Of a stretch of 64,000 nucleotides of DNA, positions 25,501 to 38,095 are shown piece after piece. The position numbers and the translations under genes were made by a program. How positions within the stretch are numbered: the first letter of the stretch is position 1; each line of letters opens with the position of its first letter. Below the pieces are notes generated by a model. That model saw only the letters and a program-made list of their open reading frames with translations. It ran no database searches and was not told where the DNA came from. The stretch is from NCBI RefSeq assembly GCF_004010195.1, contig NC_057719.1, positions 23,439,217 through 23,503,216 of the forward strand, given 5' to 3'. Origin of the DNA: Chiloscyllium plagiosum. Lineage: Eukaryota.

Positions 25501-26215
25501 AGCATATGATTAAATGGCTAAAGCAGGGAGAAGGTCATCATCTTTGAGAGGATCAAGTTTTTTCAATGCTGTAATAAAAGGATTGCAGAAAAGGAGGGGC
25601 ATCTTTCTCCTCCAAGTGGTCAGAGCTTGTCAGTATTCACTCTGAAGAGGGTAGGTGAAATTACTGCTCTGAAGAAGAGACATACCAGTCTCAAAGCATT
25701 AACTCTGATTCTCTCTCCACTGGATTAGCCAGATCTGCAGAGTTTCTCCAGCACCCTTTGTGTTGCAGAAGAAATTGTTGTGTGGGTGAAAGATAAGAGA
25801 TTGGCTACCAGAACATGGCTGTAATGGCATTAACAGATATTCTAGCCAGTTATTAAGGAAAGGAGTGATAAGACATTTTTCAGCTACTGCTTTTGTTTGT
25901 AACTGCAAGGCTGAAAGCATTCATAAAACTATTCTTACCCAGAAGCCAGCACTGTACTGCAATATCACACTCCAGAAAACTTCCTTCTTACACACTTATT
26001 TACAGACCAATCACATCTCGCCTATGGAGGTGCCATCTTTTCCGTATCACAGCAACATTCTCCAAACAGCTCGCAAGATTCTTAGTAACACATGTCTCTC
26101 TTGCTTGGAAGAGAATCTCTGACACGATATAAGACTGTGACTGGAGAAGAGAGTTTGCAGACCATCCTGTGAAACAGTAGACACCTGAGAGCTCATCTCA
26201 TTCAAGATTTCTTTA

Positions 26216-26388
26216 CGAGGAACCTCGATTATCCGGCATTCAATTATCTGAATATTGGATTATCCGGCAAGTTCACAAGGTCCTGATGCTCGGCTAAACT
26301 ATGTTATCTGGCATTCGATTATCCGGAATTTAAGTAACCAAATGAAATACTGCCTACCTGTGTCCTTTGGCTAATCGAGGTTCCCCTG
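26216..26388. mobile_element. Short Tigger-like MITE
   Basis: TIRs C.(A)GGAACCTCGATTA / TAATCGAGGTTCCCCTG flanked by TA; internal repeats of GATTATCCGG. Confidence 0.8.
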
Positions 26389-29300
26389 TATACCTAATGC
26401 TCATTATGTCTGCTTCTTCTTCTCTTCTTCCACATACTCAAATAATAAGCTTTAGGTGCTTTCAACACAATTTCACTTGTCTCTCACATCAGAGCTAACA
26501 CTCTTAAGTCTCATTCAGTTTAACCACTGCAAATGTTAATAACCTTTAGTTAGCAAAGGGAGAGAAATGGAGTGTACCCGAAGACACGCCATTGTTTGAT
26601 TTGAACCTTCATCTAGCAGACTCGCCTCTTGGTCGTTTGTTCTGTGTCAGACTACTCTCCTACGAACCTGACCTTGAGAATTTTTTAAAACAGGCTATAT
26701 GTTATAGAAAGAATCTATGGGTGAAACACACAGACCTGAGTATTGGAGACAAGGATTTCCATTGATTTTTGACACTGATTCTAATATGAAAATATAAAAC
26801 AAACTGCTAAGACAGAACAGAAAAACAATAATTCATGTAAATGTAGGATTCAAAATCTTAGCTACAATGTATTCAGATACATTAGTATTTGTACTGCAGG
26901 TGAACCCAATAATCAAGATTCCCTCAGGCATGTGGAAAAAAGACATCAATTTTCAGAAAAGTAACTGGGGATTTAAAGGCACAGTATAAATCATTAAAAT
27001 TATGCCAGTTAACTGTCCTGTTATAGCTACTGATGGACTCAAAGTGATAACCAGAGCAGTAGGTGAATGATTGTTATTGGCACTTTGTTGATTCCAGTGC
27101 AATATTCCTGCAGGCACTTTGCAGTAAAATTTCATTTCTACAGTGGTTCCAATTTAATAGCAATGTATCTCAGTTCACAGGGAGGGATGATGGGGCAAAA
27201 AAATTCCTACTAAAAGCTTTGATCATTCAGCAACATTCACCAGTAAATTGCTGCACCCCAGAATTAATATTTGCCTTTCTTTCTTGACATTTTTCTGACA
27301 TTGCAACATGTTCTCCCAGGTCTGAGAACACTGTTCCACACCTACTTTCTATTCTTCATATCCCAATTTCCAATAGTGCTCTATCCAGGTTGTAATGGGA
27401 AGACAATCGAAGAGAAACCTTCTCTGATGCCCATATGCACATTTTACCGCAGAGCTCACTGCATAGCAATAGGCATGGCAGTCCCGGTTCATTTCTTTTT
27501 AACTTCCTTCCTTCAAAATGATAAGCTGAACGCACTCATCAGAGTTTCAATAACACCTCGGAACCTGGAACTGAGGGAGGAAGATTCAGCTCAAATGTAA
27601 ACAAACCATGACCTAACTGAATGGTGGAACAAGCTCTAACTGGGAGATTCCTACATCCCTATCTTGTTTCACATCGATGACCATAACCTATATTTTGAAT
27701 TTAAACTGAAAGCTGTAACTACAATCGGTGCTCCCATTTGAAAGATAGCAAAGGCAGATTGGGAAAGCTGGAGTTGCAAGTTGTTTTATTTGCTTTTCTG
27801 AGACTAATTCATTCTGATGACCCAGGAGCAACGTGCCCAAATTAGTTGAGGCAGGAGTGGAATTTAATCATTAGAAACTATTCATAAATTTTTGCATTCT
27901 TATTTGAGATTATGGAATTTTCATGGAAAATTAGCATTGTTTTCTTCAATCTAGTGCCTCAAACAATTGTAGGCTGCACATCTTTGCTTCCTCTGATTAC
28001 AAATTAAGTTAGAACAAGCCAAGGGATCTGACAGAAAATATTGATTGTTATATACCATATTGGAATGATCTGCAAATTAAGCAGGTGTTATAAAACATTT
28101 TGCTGGGTTGTGGTTTAGATCAAAATATGCAAAATAGAAAAAGTAACCTGATTCTGACTTAAGTGAAAAAAGATGGGATTAATTGTATTGCTCTTTCAAA
28201 GAGTCAGCAGAGGTACATTGGATTGAACGGTCTTATCCTGTACTGTGCTGTTTTATTATTCTCTCAATGTTACATGATTACATTTGTTACAGGGTTAACA
28301 GTCAACAGGTAGAAAAGTTTAAGCACCAATACACAATGTGCAGTAAACTAAACTATAAGTTAAAATTAATTTTCATGTGATGATTCAAAGCTGACTATTC
28401 AAAGCGACTTTGGCCAATTTGTTTCTTTTTGAGAACTAATTGGGCAGTTCAGAAAGAACTGATATGGAACGCGAGATTTTGCTTTTAATGGCACTGTTTC
28501 AGCATGGCTGGGGTTCCATTCATTCAAGTCCTAACATCCGATGCAACCACACTTCAAGTAATATGATTCAAAACATGGTTGAGTTTATTGTCTTCCTGCT
28601 ACTGCAACAAGTTTGAATCATACAACATTGGAATCAAGGAAACGTTAAAACCATCATTCTCCTACTGCTCTGTTTATCACCTCTAGTGGTTGTCCTGGGA
28701 CCTTAAACTGCCACAATTATAATGATATGTTATTGACATTTTAAATTCCCAGACTCTCTTCTACAAACTTGGTGGTTACTCTTATCTCTCTAAGAAAACA
28801 TAGTATTTCCTTGCAAGCATGTCATAGCTTTGTCATACATGTGAGAGGTGCTATAAACCAGCACTGCAATGTTATATTAGGTGCAACTTAATAGCTTTAA
28901 TTTAACTAGGCTCTTTCGGTATTGGGACAGCTAAAGGAATGGGACAAGTGCCTGAAGCTTTAACTAAAGAAAATTGCACTTTTAGTCTTGAATAATTCAG
29001 AGTGAAAAAATAAATTCTAGCAAATAATTATTGACAATAAGGAAATTAACATTAATTTTATTGATTTCCCCAAAGAAGGTCATAGTGTGTAACGTGCCTG
29101 CTTTGTCAGCATCAAATTCTGAAAAAGGAATGTGCACAATAATTTAATGCTTAATGCCTTGTTTTATTCCATCAAACATTCAGTACAAACATCAAAACAG
29201 ATTTTTAGGAATAGATCTTATCTCATTCATATTGATTTGTGTAACAAAATATAAAACTGCATTAATGTTTGATATAGAAAATGTAATCAGTTTGGGTTAT

Positions 29301-30531
29301 AAGAGAAGTAATAATGTGTCAGATCTTGTGATGAGAAGAACAGTGAGACTTACATGCTCAGTTAAACATCAAAATTCAGAGACTGTTGTCAAAATGCACT
29401 GCTGCAGTTCTCTTCCACGACGTCAGCACTGAAATGCATGCATGAACTCGTTCCAGCCAAAGAGTGCAGAAAAAATTTGAATAGGATGATGCATTCAGAA
29501 AGAAGTGAGTTTTCAATGACTGGATAAGTAATCATTGCCATTCATCAGCTTCATTAGCACTGAAAACTTAATGTTACAACTGTATAATCCCATTCCTTCA
29601 AATGATTATTAATGCTGGAGATTCAAAAAGTTTATTTCACTTTATCAACTTCCAACCATCATTGCATGGACGCAAAGCTGGCAGCCAATGCAGGACTTGG
29701 GAGTGGTGGGCCAGGTTACAAGTCATACGTTGCAATGAGACATGCAAAGGTATTAATACGAAGTCAGGCACTCTAAATCTTCTCATTCCAGAGCTTCTTG
29801 CCAAAGCAATAATAGTACTATAAGAATATATCAAGGGGCAAAAATAATGAATTATCCACAATACCTTACCTCTAGCTCCACAACAACTGCATACAAGCAC
29901 CATATGAATGAATCCTCATCGGCCATTAGTTCTGCTAACCACCTTCAGATCCACCCTTACATTGCTTTAATTTACCATCAGATTCAACTGGTCAATAACT
30001 TCTACTTTTCATAATTTGTTAATAAAGCAGACAGCTAAAGTATTTAAATTAGTTGAGACATTCTATGTGGGTTTTGAATTCAGAATGAAAATGCTGTGCT
30101 CAGAATTATCCAAGTATAATTAAAACAAAATCGAGTTGATAAATGTCAGTCTAATTTCACAATCCAATTTGAGCAATGTGATTAAATTCATGACCATTGA
30201 TTAATGATGTTGACCTTCTTACTCGTTGATACGAGGTTCAGCAGTTGTTTGAATTCACTTTGCAATGTGATTTCACGGTACCACATATTCCACACCCAAG
30301 TAGTGTTTTATTGAGAAAAGCAAAAAGACCCAAGGACAAATTGGCACTTGTAGTCAAAGGCTATTATAAAGTAGGGATGCAGGAAGAGAACAAAGGAACG
30401 AGTATAAATTTTAAAGGTTGCAAAAACAGAGAGGTCTAAAGGCTCACAGATGTGAACACAAACACAAATAGGTTATACTTTTGAAACCCCTGTTTAGTTC
30501 TCCGCTAGATTATTGTTACCATTTCTCTGCA

Positions 30532-30655
30532 TTTATAGATTCTTCACCTGGAAGGAAAAACCAGTAAAACTTGAGAATGATGCATACTGCTCTGATTTGT
30601 CTTGTATACCTCAGAACTGTACTCCAGTTTGACCAGTACATTCATTTCCAGATAT
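30532..30655 (-). repeat. Inverted copy of 31458-31583 flanked by a 13-bp direct repeat
   Basis: About 124 bp reverse-complement match with a few substitutions; CCATTTCTCTGCA at 30519-30531 and 30656-30668. Confidence 0.9.
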
Positions 30656-31934
30656 CCATTTCTCTGCACTTCACTTCACCAAGTGTGTCAAAGTCTTAGA
30701 GAGATACAGAGATAGTGCATTGAAATGATAATGATGGCAGAAGGGGGACTGCTGTTAAGTGAAGAGATGACAGTAGAAAGAAACACTTTAATTTCCATGA
30801 ATGTTGAATGTCCCATACTTCATTTCAGTTAATGAAGGACTTTTTAAGTGGCATGACTATTGTAAATAGCAGTCACAGGAGCCAATATGTATGCAACAAA
30901 CTCACACAAACAGCAATGTGACCAAATAATATGAGAATACCCTGAATGTTTGGCTGAGAGCCCAGATATCAATTGGTTAATTATAATAACTGAACCCACA
31001 AAAAGTCATTGCTTAATTGACAGCTCTCGCACTCTGATGTCTTATGGTAATTAACCAATGTTTATTTACATAAGATAAGGTTTCAAATGCTTACAGTTTC
31101 TGCTATTGTTACTTTAATGAGTCTGGACTATTGATAATTGTACTGACCTGTTGTGAAAGAAGTTATATTTTGAAGGAAGTGGACAGTTGTGAATGAATAA
31201 CTCCTTTTAAAAGTTTATTTAATTAACACTTTTTATTGTCAATTTAATGTCCATTTATTCAACACAGAGTTGATAGTGGGTAAATGGGTATAGTGGTGCC
31301 ATACCTGGCATGGGAATTAGGAAGAGCTGGTTGGATGGAAGGAAATTTTGTAATGGGAGGTGACAAAGGGCCAAAGGGGATGAATGGGGGCATAGCATGG
31401 AGGGGAACATGCTCAGAGGGAACATTCTCAGACAGAAAAACAGTAAAAGAGTCATCAATATCTGGAAATGAATGTACCGGTCATACTGGAGCACAGTTCT
31501 GGGGTATACAAGACAAGTCAGAGCACTATGCATCATTATCAAGTTTTACTGGTTTTTCCTTCCAGGTGAAGAATATATAAGTGAACATAATTTAGCACTG
31601 ATCATGCAAGGAATCATATGGTTGGTGGGGGAGTCATAACTTTATATTGGGGACATAGATAAGGCTTTTGAGTTTAACTTTCTAAAGGTTCCTCTTCCAA
31701 ACTGTGGTTCATGTTACCTCTAAGGTGCCAGGAGCCACAACCCTTTGAGAGGCTTGATTGGAGTCCATGTAAATTGTGGAAGACTAGGTCACACCTGACC
31801 ACAAAGTGAGTTGAATTTGCCTGCATCCTTAACAGGCATTCCTGAAAAGCAGAAACCCAGTATTGTGATCTGGAAATCCAACACTGGCTTCGATTGTTAA
31901 GTGGCACACCCCAACTCAATGAATATCCAGAAAG

Positions 31935-32200
31935 CAAAATATGCTGAAAATCACAGCGGGTCAGAGTTCTGATGAACAGTCATCTAAACTTGAAATGTTA
32001 GCTTGCTCCTTCTCTACTGATGCTGCCTAGTCTGGTGATTTCCAGCATTTTTTGTTTTCAGTACAGATTCCAGCATCTGCAATAATTTGCTTCTATGCGA
32101 TCAAAGTCTAGGTTTCTTTGTCTTCACTGCCTGACCTGTCGAGTATTTCTAACATTACCCCTATTGGTTTCAGATTCCCAGTATTTTGCTTTTGATTTAG
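31935..32200. mobile_element. Penelope-derived fragment with a hammerhead-like motif
   Basis: CTGATGA (31969) ..GAAATGTTA, followed by the family tail CCAGCATTTTTTGTTTT..GATTCCAGCATCTGCA. Confidence 0.6.
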
Positions 32201-32204
32201 AGAA

Positions 32205-32580
32205 GCAGTAGCTTGAACGCTCCTGAGTTTCCTGATTGATTATTTACAGTCTTTATTTATTCAAGATTGGAATGTAAACCTAAGGTTAATTTCCCCATTA
32301 TAGTTCAAGTGCATATTAAAGACCCATGATGTTCCTCAAAGAAGAGCAGGGAATTCCTTGTAAATTATTTGCCAGATTCTGCTCCTTCTCAACAATGCCT
32401 CCTGCAATAGCTCATTTATCTCAATGCTGATTCTTTCACCATTACCATGTTGAAAATGGTTACTGTGTTTGCCCAGTAACAACTATAATAATAGCTTTAA
32501 TTTAAATTCATTGTGCATGATGTGCTTTTGCAAACTTCTGAGAGATATGCTAAGAAGCTGTGTAAATGCAAATTCTTTCT
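32205..32580 (+). mobile_element. Ancient DeuSINE-like (SacSINE1/AmnSINE1-type) copy
   Basis: GAAGAGCAGGGAATT core and ..TGTAAATGCAAATTCTTTCT end; a related minus-strand fragment lies at about 30770-30950. Confidence 0.5.
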
Positions 32581-32884
32581 GATAGGATTACGAAGTAGCG
32601 GCTATTATTTTGGATTGTATTTCTAAATAGATTTATAAAATCCATTATTTAATGAAAGCACCTCATGTCCTAGACTAAATTGAAAAATATGATATCAGTG
32701 TTTACATTGAACTTGTTTCTGCAGGGCTCAAATTACAAATTTAGCTAATAATCTGCTTAAGTGAAGATAAATCTGTTGGAATTGCAAAATTAGATATTAG
32801 ACAATACCCTCTAAAATGTGCCATTGATTTCTGCAAGAACTGGATGACTGATATTGTGCTCCTATGTTTCTTCTAGCTGTGAAG

Positions 32885-33320
32885 AAAAGTTGTGTAGGTT
32901 ACGTTTATTTTCATTAGAAAAAAGGAGATGGGAGGGGGGATCTGATTGAGGTTTATAAAATCATGAAGGGTATAGACAGAGTGGAGAGAGACAAGCTTTT
33001 TCCCAGGGTGAAGAATTCAATAACCAGAGGTCACGCTTTCAAGATGAGAGGTGGAAAGTTTAAGGGGGATACACGCGGTAAGCACATCACACAGAGGGTG
33101 GTGGGCATTTGGAATGCGTTACCAGCAGAGATGGTAGAGGCAGGCACGATAGATTTATTTAAGATGCGTCTGGATAAATGCATGAGTAGATGGGGAGTAG
33201 AGGGATACAGATGCTTAGGAATTGACCTACAGGTTTAGATAGTACATTTGGATCGGCTCAGGCTTGGAGGGCCGAAGGGCCTCTTCCTGGGCTGTAAATT
33301 TTCTTTGTTCTTTTTTTGTT
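32885..33320 (+). mobile_element. CR1 3' fragment
   Basis: GDLIEVYKIMKGIDRV..TRGH..TQRVVGIWNALP; tail GGGCCGAAGGGCC. Confidence 0.92.
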
Positions 33321-33554
33321 TAAGAACAGAGGGAGATGAGTAGCCTAGTCATTCTCTTGAGCCTATACCACCAGGTTATAGTTAAGCTTTGCTGCACTTC
33401 AATTTGCCCACTTTTGATCTGGATCGCACAATTCTCCTACCTTATAACAATCTTATGATCTCAATCTTGAAACTTTCAATTGACCCTGCATCCATAACCC
33501 CATGGGCAAATAAAGAAACAGAGATACATATAAGTACATAGGTGTTTTTTATTG

Positions 33555-34290
33555 CAATTTGTTCAAGCAAAGTGGACATCACTGACAAGATCAGCAATTA
33601 TTTCCCATCCTTAATAGCCCAGAGGAAAGTTAAGAGACAACAACATTGCTGTGGTTCTGGAGTCATATGTAGACCACAACATGTAAGGATAGCAGATTTC
33701 CTTCCCTAAAAGACATTAATGAATCAGATGGGTCACTACAGCAATCAGCAATTGTTATATGGTCACCTTTTAGCCATCATCTTAGTTACAGATTTTAATT
33801 TAATTGAAATTTCGCCATGTGTATTATGCGCACGTCTGAGAGATTGGGTTTGAAGAATTTCGCTGTAAGGAGAAATCAAGGTCAAATGCTTAGTCTTAGA
33901 CTTCTTTAGAACTCTGTTTATTGCATATTAATATTAAATAGAACTGGGAAGAGTGATGGCCTCATTATATTATTGCTAGACTGTTAATCCAGAGTCCCAG
34001 GTAATGTTCTGGGGACCCAGGCTCAAATCCCACCATGGCAGGGTGGTGGAATTTCAATTCAATGAAAAAAATATGGAATTAAGAATCTAATGACGACCAA
34101 TTGTTGGATAAACCCATCTTGCTCACTAATGTCCTTCAGGGAAGAAACTGCCATCCTAACCTGGTCTGGCCTACACGTGACTTCAGACCCACAGCGATTT
34201 CATTGTCTCTTAACTGCCCTCTGGACATTTAGGGATTGGGATAAAATGCTGGCCTGGCCAGTGAAGCCCATAAATGAATTAAAAAATAGA
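33555..34290. mobile_element. Two non-HE1 SINE copies (about 33555-33820 -, about 33945-34290 +)
   Basis: Similarity to 3879-4250. Confidence 0.7.
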
Positions 34291-34399
34291 ACTACACTTG
34301 ACAATCTAACATGTATTATATTTTAATCTTGTAGATTTGAAAAATAATTCTCTGCATATATTTCTTCTGTATCAATCTCATACACATCTCTGATTAACT

Positions 34400-36950
34400 C
34401 CACCACACTGTGCTAATTGTGCCCAGTGGTGAGCAGCTTTATGACATCACCACAACATTACTCCAGCTTCTGAAAATCTTTATACAACATCCCTTCCCAA
34501 GCTGTTTTACCTCATCATTGATTACCATTTATATAAATTCTCAAATGAGTTAGCCAAGTTACTCTTTTTTAAAACATGTATTGTATACATGTCTCCAAAC
34601 CCTCCCAAAACTTGAGTTGATTCATCTGGGTCGAGAGGTGGATAAAGAGACTTTATGACAAGGTACAGAAACTCTTGAGGTGAAGTTGGTGAGCATTCTT
34701 CATATCTGATGCCTTCTGTTAGATCAGAGATTTGATCAATCTGGCAGTATGTCCACATGCTCTGAGCCTGTAATCTGAACCTCGGGATCAGGTGAAGGTA
34801 GTATTTCTTTATGGCACACTGTGAGTGGTGCCTGAGTGTATTCCATTGGAGTAGATGGTTCTAGCTTTAAGGAACATTCATGGGTAGCCCTGCTGTGCCA
34901 GATAGGACCTATGGTTATATCCATAAGTATAATCAGTGTTGTACTGGCTGTTGGACTCTGTAGGTCTTCTGCAAGTTGTTTGTCTAAGTTCCAAAATAGG
35001 CAACGTTTTGATCTGGTGACATGTATTATAATTCTGTATCTGTCCATGGTGAAGTCAGTTCTTCTGGAAGTTCCTTCTGGGAAGTGATCTGGATTGCCCT
35101 ACTATTGCTTCTTAGATTCCAATTTCATGGTGGTGTAGCAAGTTGAGATTTTATTCTGTGCCCCAACAGCAATTCAGATGGGGACATCCCTGAGGAGAGA
35201 TAAATGAGCAGAGCAATAAAACCAACATGGATTTTTCATCAGCAGATTTTTCACTCTGTGAGCCAGTCATTGTCATTCGATGGAGGTTGTCACACAGGCA
35301 ATTGTGTGACATGCTGTAAGCCCAGAGGTTTTGCACAATCTTTAACTATCTATGTAGACAACATCCACTGCCCTTTCCTCATCAATCATTCTTGTTAACT
35401 TCTCAAAAACATATGTTGCTGTGCATTCCAATGCTAAGCTTATGATTTCTGTAGAGAGTTCTCAGGGATACTGTAATAAAGGTGAGACGTTGAAAAAACT
35501 TATCCAGCTAATCTCCATGCTCTGAAATCATTTCAGATTGTGCACCGACTTTGGACTTGGGAAGTCTTTGAACAGTTTAGTTTTCTGGGGACCAGTTTAC
35601 CTCATCCTTGTTGATAATGTGATCAAGAAAGTGGATGGCATGCCTAGAAAATTCACATTTGTGAGTTAGTATAAGATCTGCTGTTTGTAAATCTTACAGA
35701 ACATCATGTACTTTACTTGCATGATGCTGGATAGTTTCAGCATGTAGCAAGATATAATCCAAACGATGCCATCTAATCCACGTAAAACATTGGAACATCT
35801 TTAGGGCAGAAATTATATGAAACAGAATCCATTGAAACAGTGTTGATGAATGTGGTAAGGAGTCGAGACATCTCATCTGGAGAATCCTGTCAAAGCGATT
35901 GTTAATCGTTGCTGCTCTTCCTGGTCCTACAAAAATAGGCATTATAGTTACCTATGAAAACATTCATGCGTTGTCCATCATAATTTACTGCATATTGCAG
36001 GGAATGTATATAAAGCAGGTTGGTGTACATCATATACAACAAACACAAAGAATGCTGGTGAAACTCAATTGTTCTGTTGGTATCTGTGGAGAGGGAAACC
36101 AAGTTAATGTTTTGTGTTGGATATGATTCTTCTTCAGAAGTGTAGATCATGTAATCTACTTCTCCAATTTCTGACACTTTCTAGCAGATTTCTGACATTT
36201 AAAAGTCTTCTCATGGCTGATAGGAATTTAACCTCCAGTAACTTTGTTGTTGGGTTGGTCTTGTTCTTATGATCCACATGATTTTAATTATCCTTTTACT
36301 GAAACATTTTAACCTGAATTTGCTAGTTTCTTTTGACTTTCTTAATTTGAAATCATGACACTTGATTGTTGAACATTTATGCAGTTGACTTCAAATTATT
36401 TTTGATTTGGAGGTGCCAGTATTGGACTGAGGTATACAAAGTTAGACATCACACAACACCAGATTATAGTCCAACAGGTTTATTTGGAAGCACTAGCTTT
36501 TGGAACGCTGCTCCTTCATCAAGTGGTTGTGGAGTATAAGATTGTAGGACACATATAAATTCTGTGTCCTACAATCTTATACTCCACAACCACCTGATGA
36601 AGGAGCAGCACTCCAAAAGCTAGTGCTTCCAAATAAAACTGTTGGACTATAACCTAGTGTTGTGTGATTTTCAAATTATTTTGGACCTAGTCCAGGAGCC
36701 CTTGTAGTTTTCCCTTCAATACCTTAAGATCCCTCTTAAGAGAGGGAGACCAAGGACTAAATCTGTTTAGAATCAGGAATCTCTGTGGAAGGATGAAAGT
36801 GATGACTGGTACACGGTTCTATTGTTTCCAATATCTTCCTATAGTTTCCAGTTTTCCATAATGCCTTCTCAGGAAGCAGGCGGAGTTCAATCATAGGTAC
36901 ATATCCTGCACTCTCAATCTGGTCATTTATATTGCTGAAATAAGCATATC
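34400..36950 (-). mobile_element. Highly decayed Gypsy-type pol relic
   Basis: Minus strand at about 35585-35800 reads SNVLRGLDGIV/DYILLHAETIQHHASKVHDVL*DLQTADLILTHKCEFSRHAIHFLDHIINKDEVNWSPEK, a Gypsy RT palm/thumb pattern; outer limits uncertain. Confidence 0.65.
36403..36669. mobile_element. Penelope-like insertion forming a ~105-bp-arm hairpin, 13-bp TSD
   Basis: Arms 36448-36553 / 36563-36668 are near-perfect reverse complements; TTCAAATTATTTT at 36390-36402 and 36670-36682; CTGATGA-AGGAG..CTCC-AAAA motif. Confidence 0.85.
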
Positions 36951-36984
36951 ATAGTCCTCCACAATTGTCACTGAATGATAGTGT

Positions 36985-38095
36985 CATAAAGATATACAGC
37001 CCAGAAACAAGCCCTTCAGTCCAACGCATGCATACCGACCAGATATCCTAAATAAATCTAGTCCCATTTGACAGCATTTGACCTAGCTTCCTCTAAAGCC
37101 CTCCTATTCATATACTCATCCAGATAGCTTTTAAATGTTAAAGAAGTTTCAAGTGCCTGCTATTTCTGCTATTGATATTTTAAATAATCTGGATGATTTC
37201 TACATTTTTAGTCTGTAGCAAATCTGATTGTTTTTAAGGAAATGCAAAGCATCAAGGAATGACTTTTAAACAGTTACCATAAGACTCATTTGTTTAATAT
37301 AGTGTGTAATAAGTGAATGGGCATTGATGTGTAATACTTCGTATGGGGAGGAATGAAAAGCCACAAAGGTGAGAGGGGCACATTCCCTGGCATGGAGGGC
37401 ATGTGAGGCCTTATGGAATTGGTTGAGGCCATGGCTTGGTACGGGGGCAATCCATCTTAGCCTTCAGTAGCCCCTGAGGCTGCTTCCACATGTTTTCCCA
37501 TGGGTCAACTGGTCTAACGGCAATCACATGCACCCCACACCCCAGAATAAAAGTCCCTGCTCTTACATATTCTCCTGAGAAATTATTAAATATTATTAAA
37601 TTAAATTAATACTGATGATATTATTAAACTGGGGAGGGCTCAGAAAATAATTACTAGAATGGTACTGGGACTGGAGGGTTGACTTAGAAGGAGAGGCTGA
37701 GATGTTTTTCACTGGAAGAGGTTGAGGGGTGACCTTATAGAGATTGATCAAATCATGGGGGCATAGATAAGGTGAATAACAAAGGTATTTTCCCCAGGTT
37801 GGGGGAGTTCAGAACTACAGGACATATTTTTCATGGTGAGAGGAGAAAGATTTGAAAGAAACCTGAGAGACAACTTTTTCACACAGAGGGTGGTTCATTA
37901 GTGGAATGAACAGCCAGAGCAAGTGATAGATGCAGGTACAGTTACAAGATTTGAAAGACATTTGGAAAGGTACATGAATAGGAAAGGTTTAGAGGGATAT
38001 TTGCCAAATGCAGGTAAGTGGAACTAGTTTAGTTTGGTCGGCATGGACAAGATGGGCTGAAGTGTCTGTTTCAATGCTGTATGACTGTATGCCTC
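36985..38095. mobile_element. CR1 3' fragments (about 36985-37140 -, about 37640-38095 +)
   Basis: GAGGTTGAGGGGTGACCTTATAGAG..TTTTCACACAGAGGGTGG..TGGAATGAA and CR1 tails. Confidence 0.85.

Noticed and set aside
30532..31583. 1.05-kb DNA transposon with 120-bp TIRs
   Set aside because: The direct repeat flanks only the left arm, not the whole unit, which favours a templated insertion.
34522..35047. Host exons or an endogenous viral gene (ORFs 34522-34758, 34736-35047)
   Set aside because: They lie downstream of a Gypsy RT remnant on the same strand and are best explained as decayed pol.
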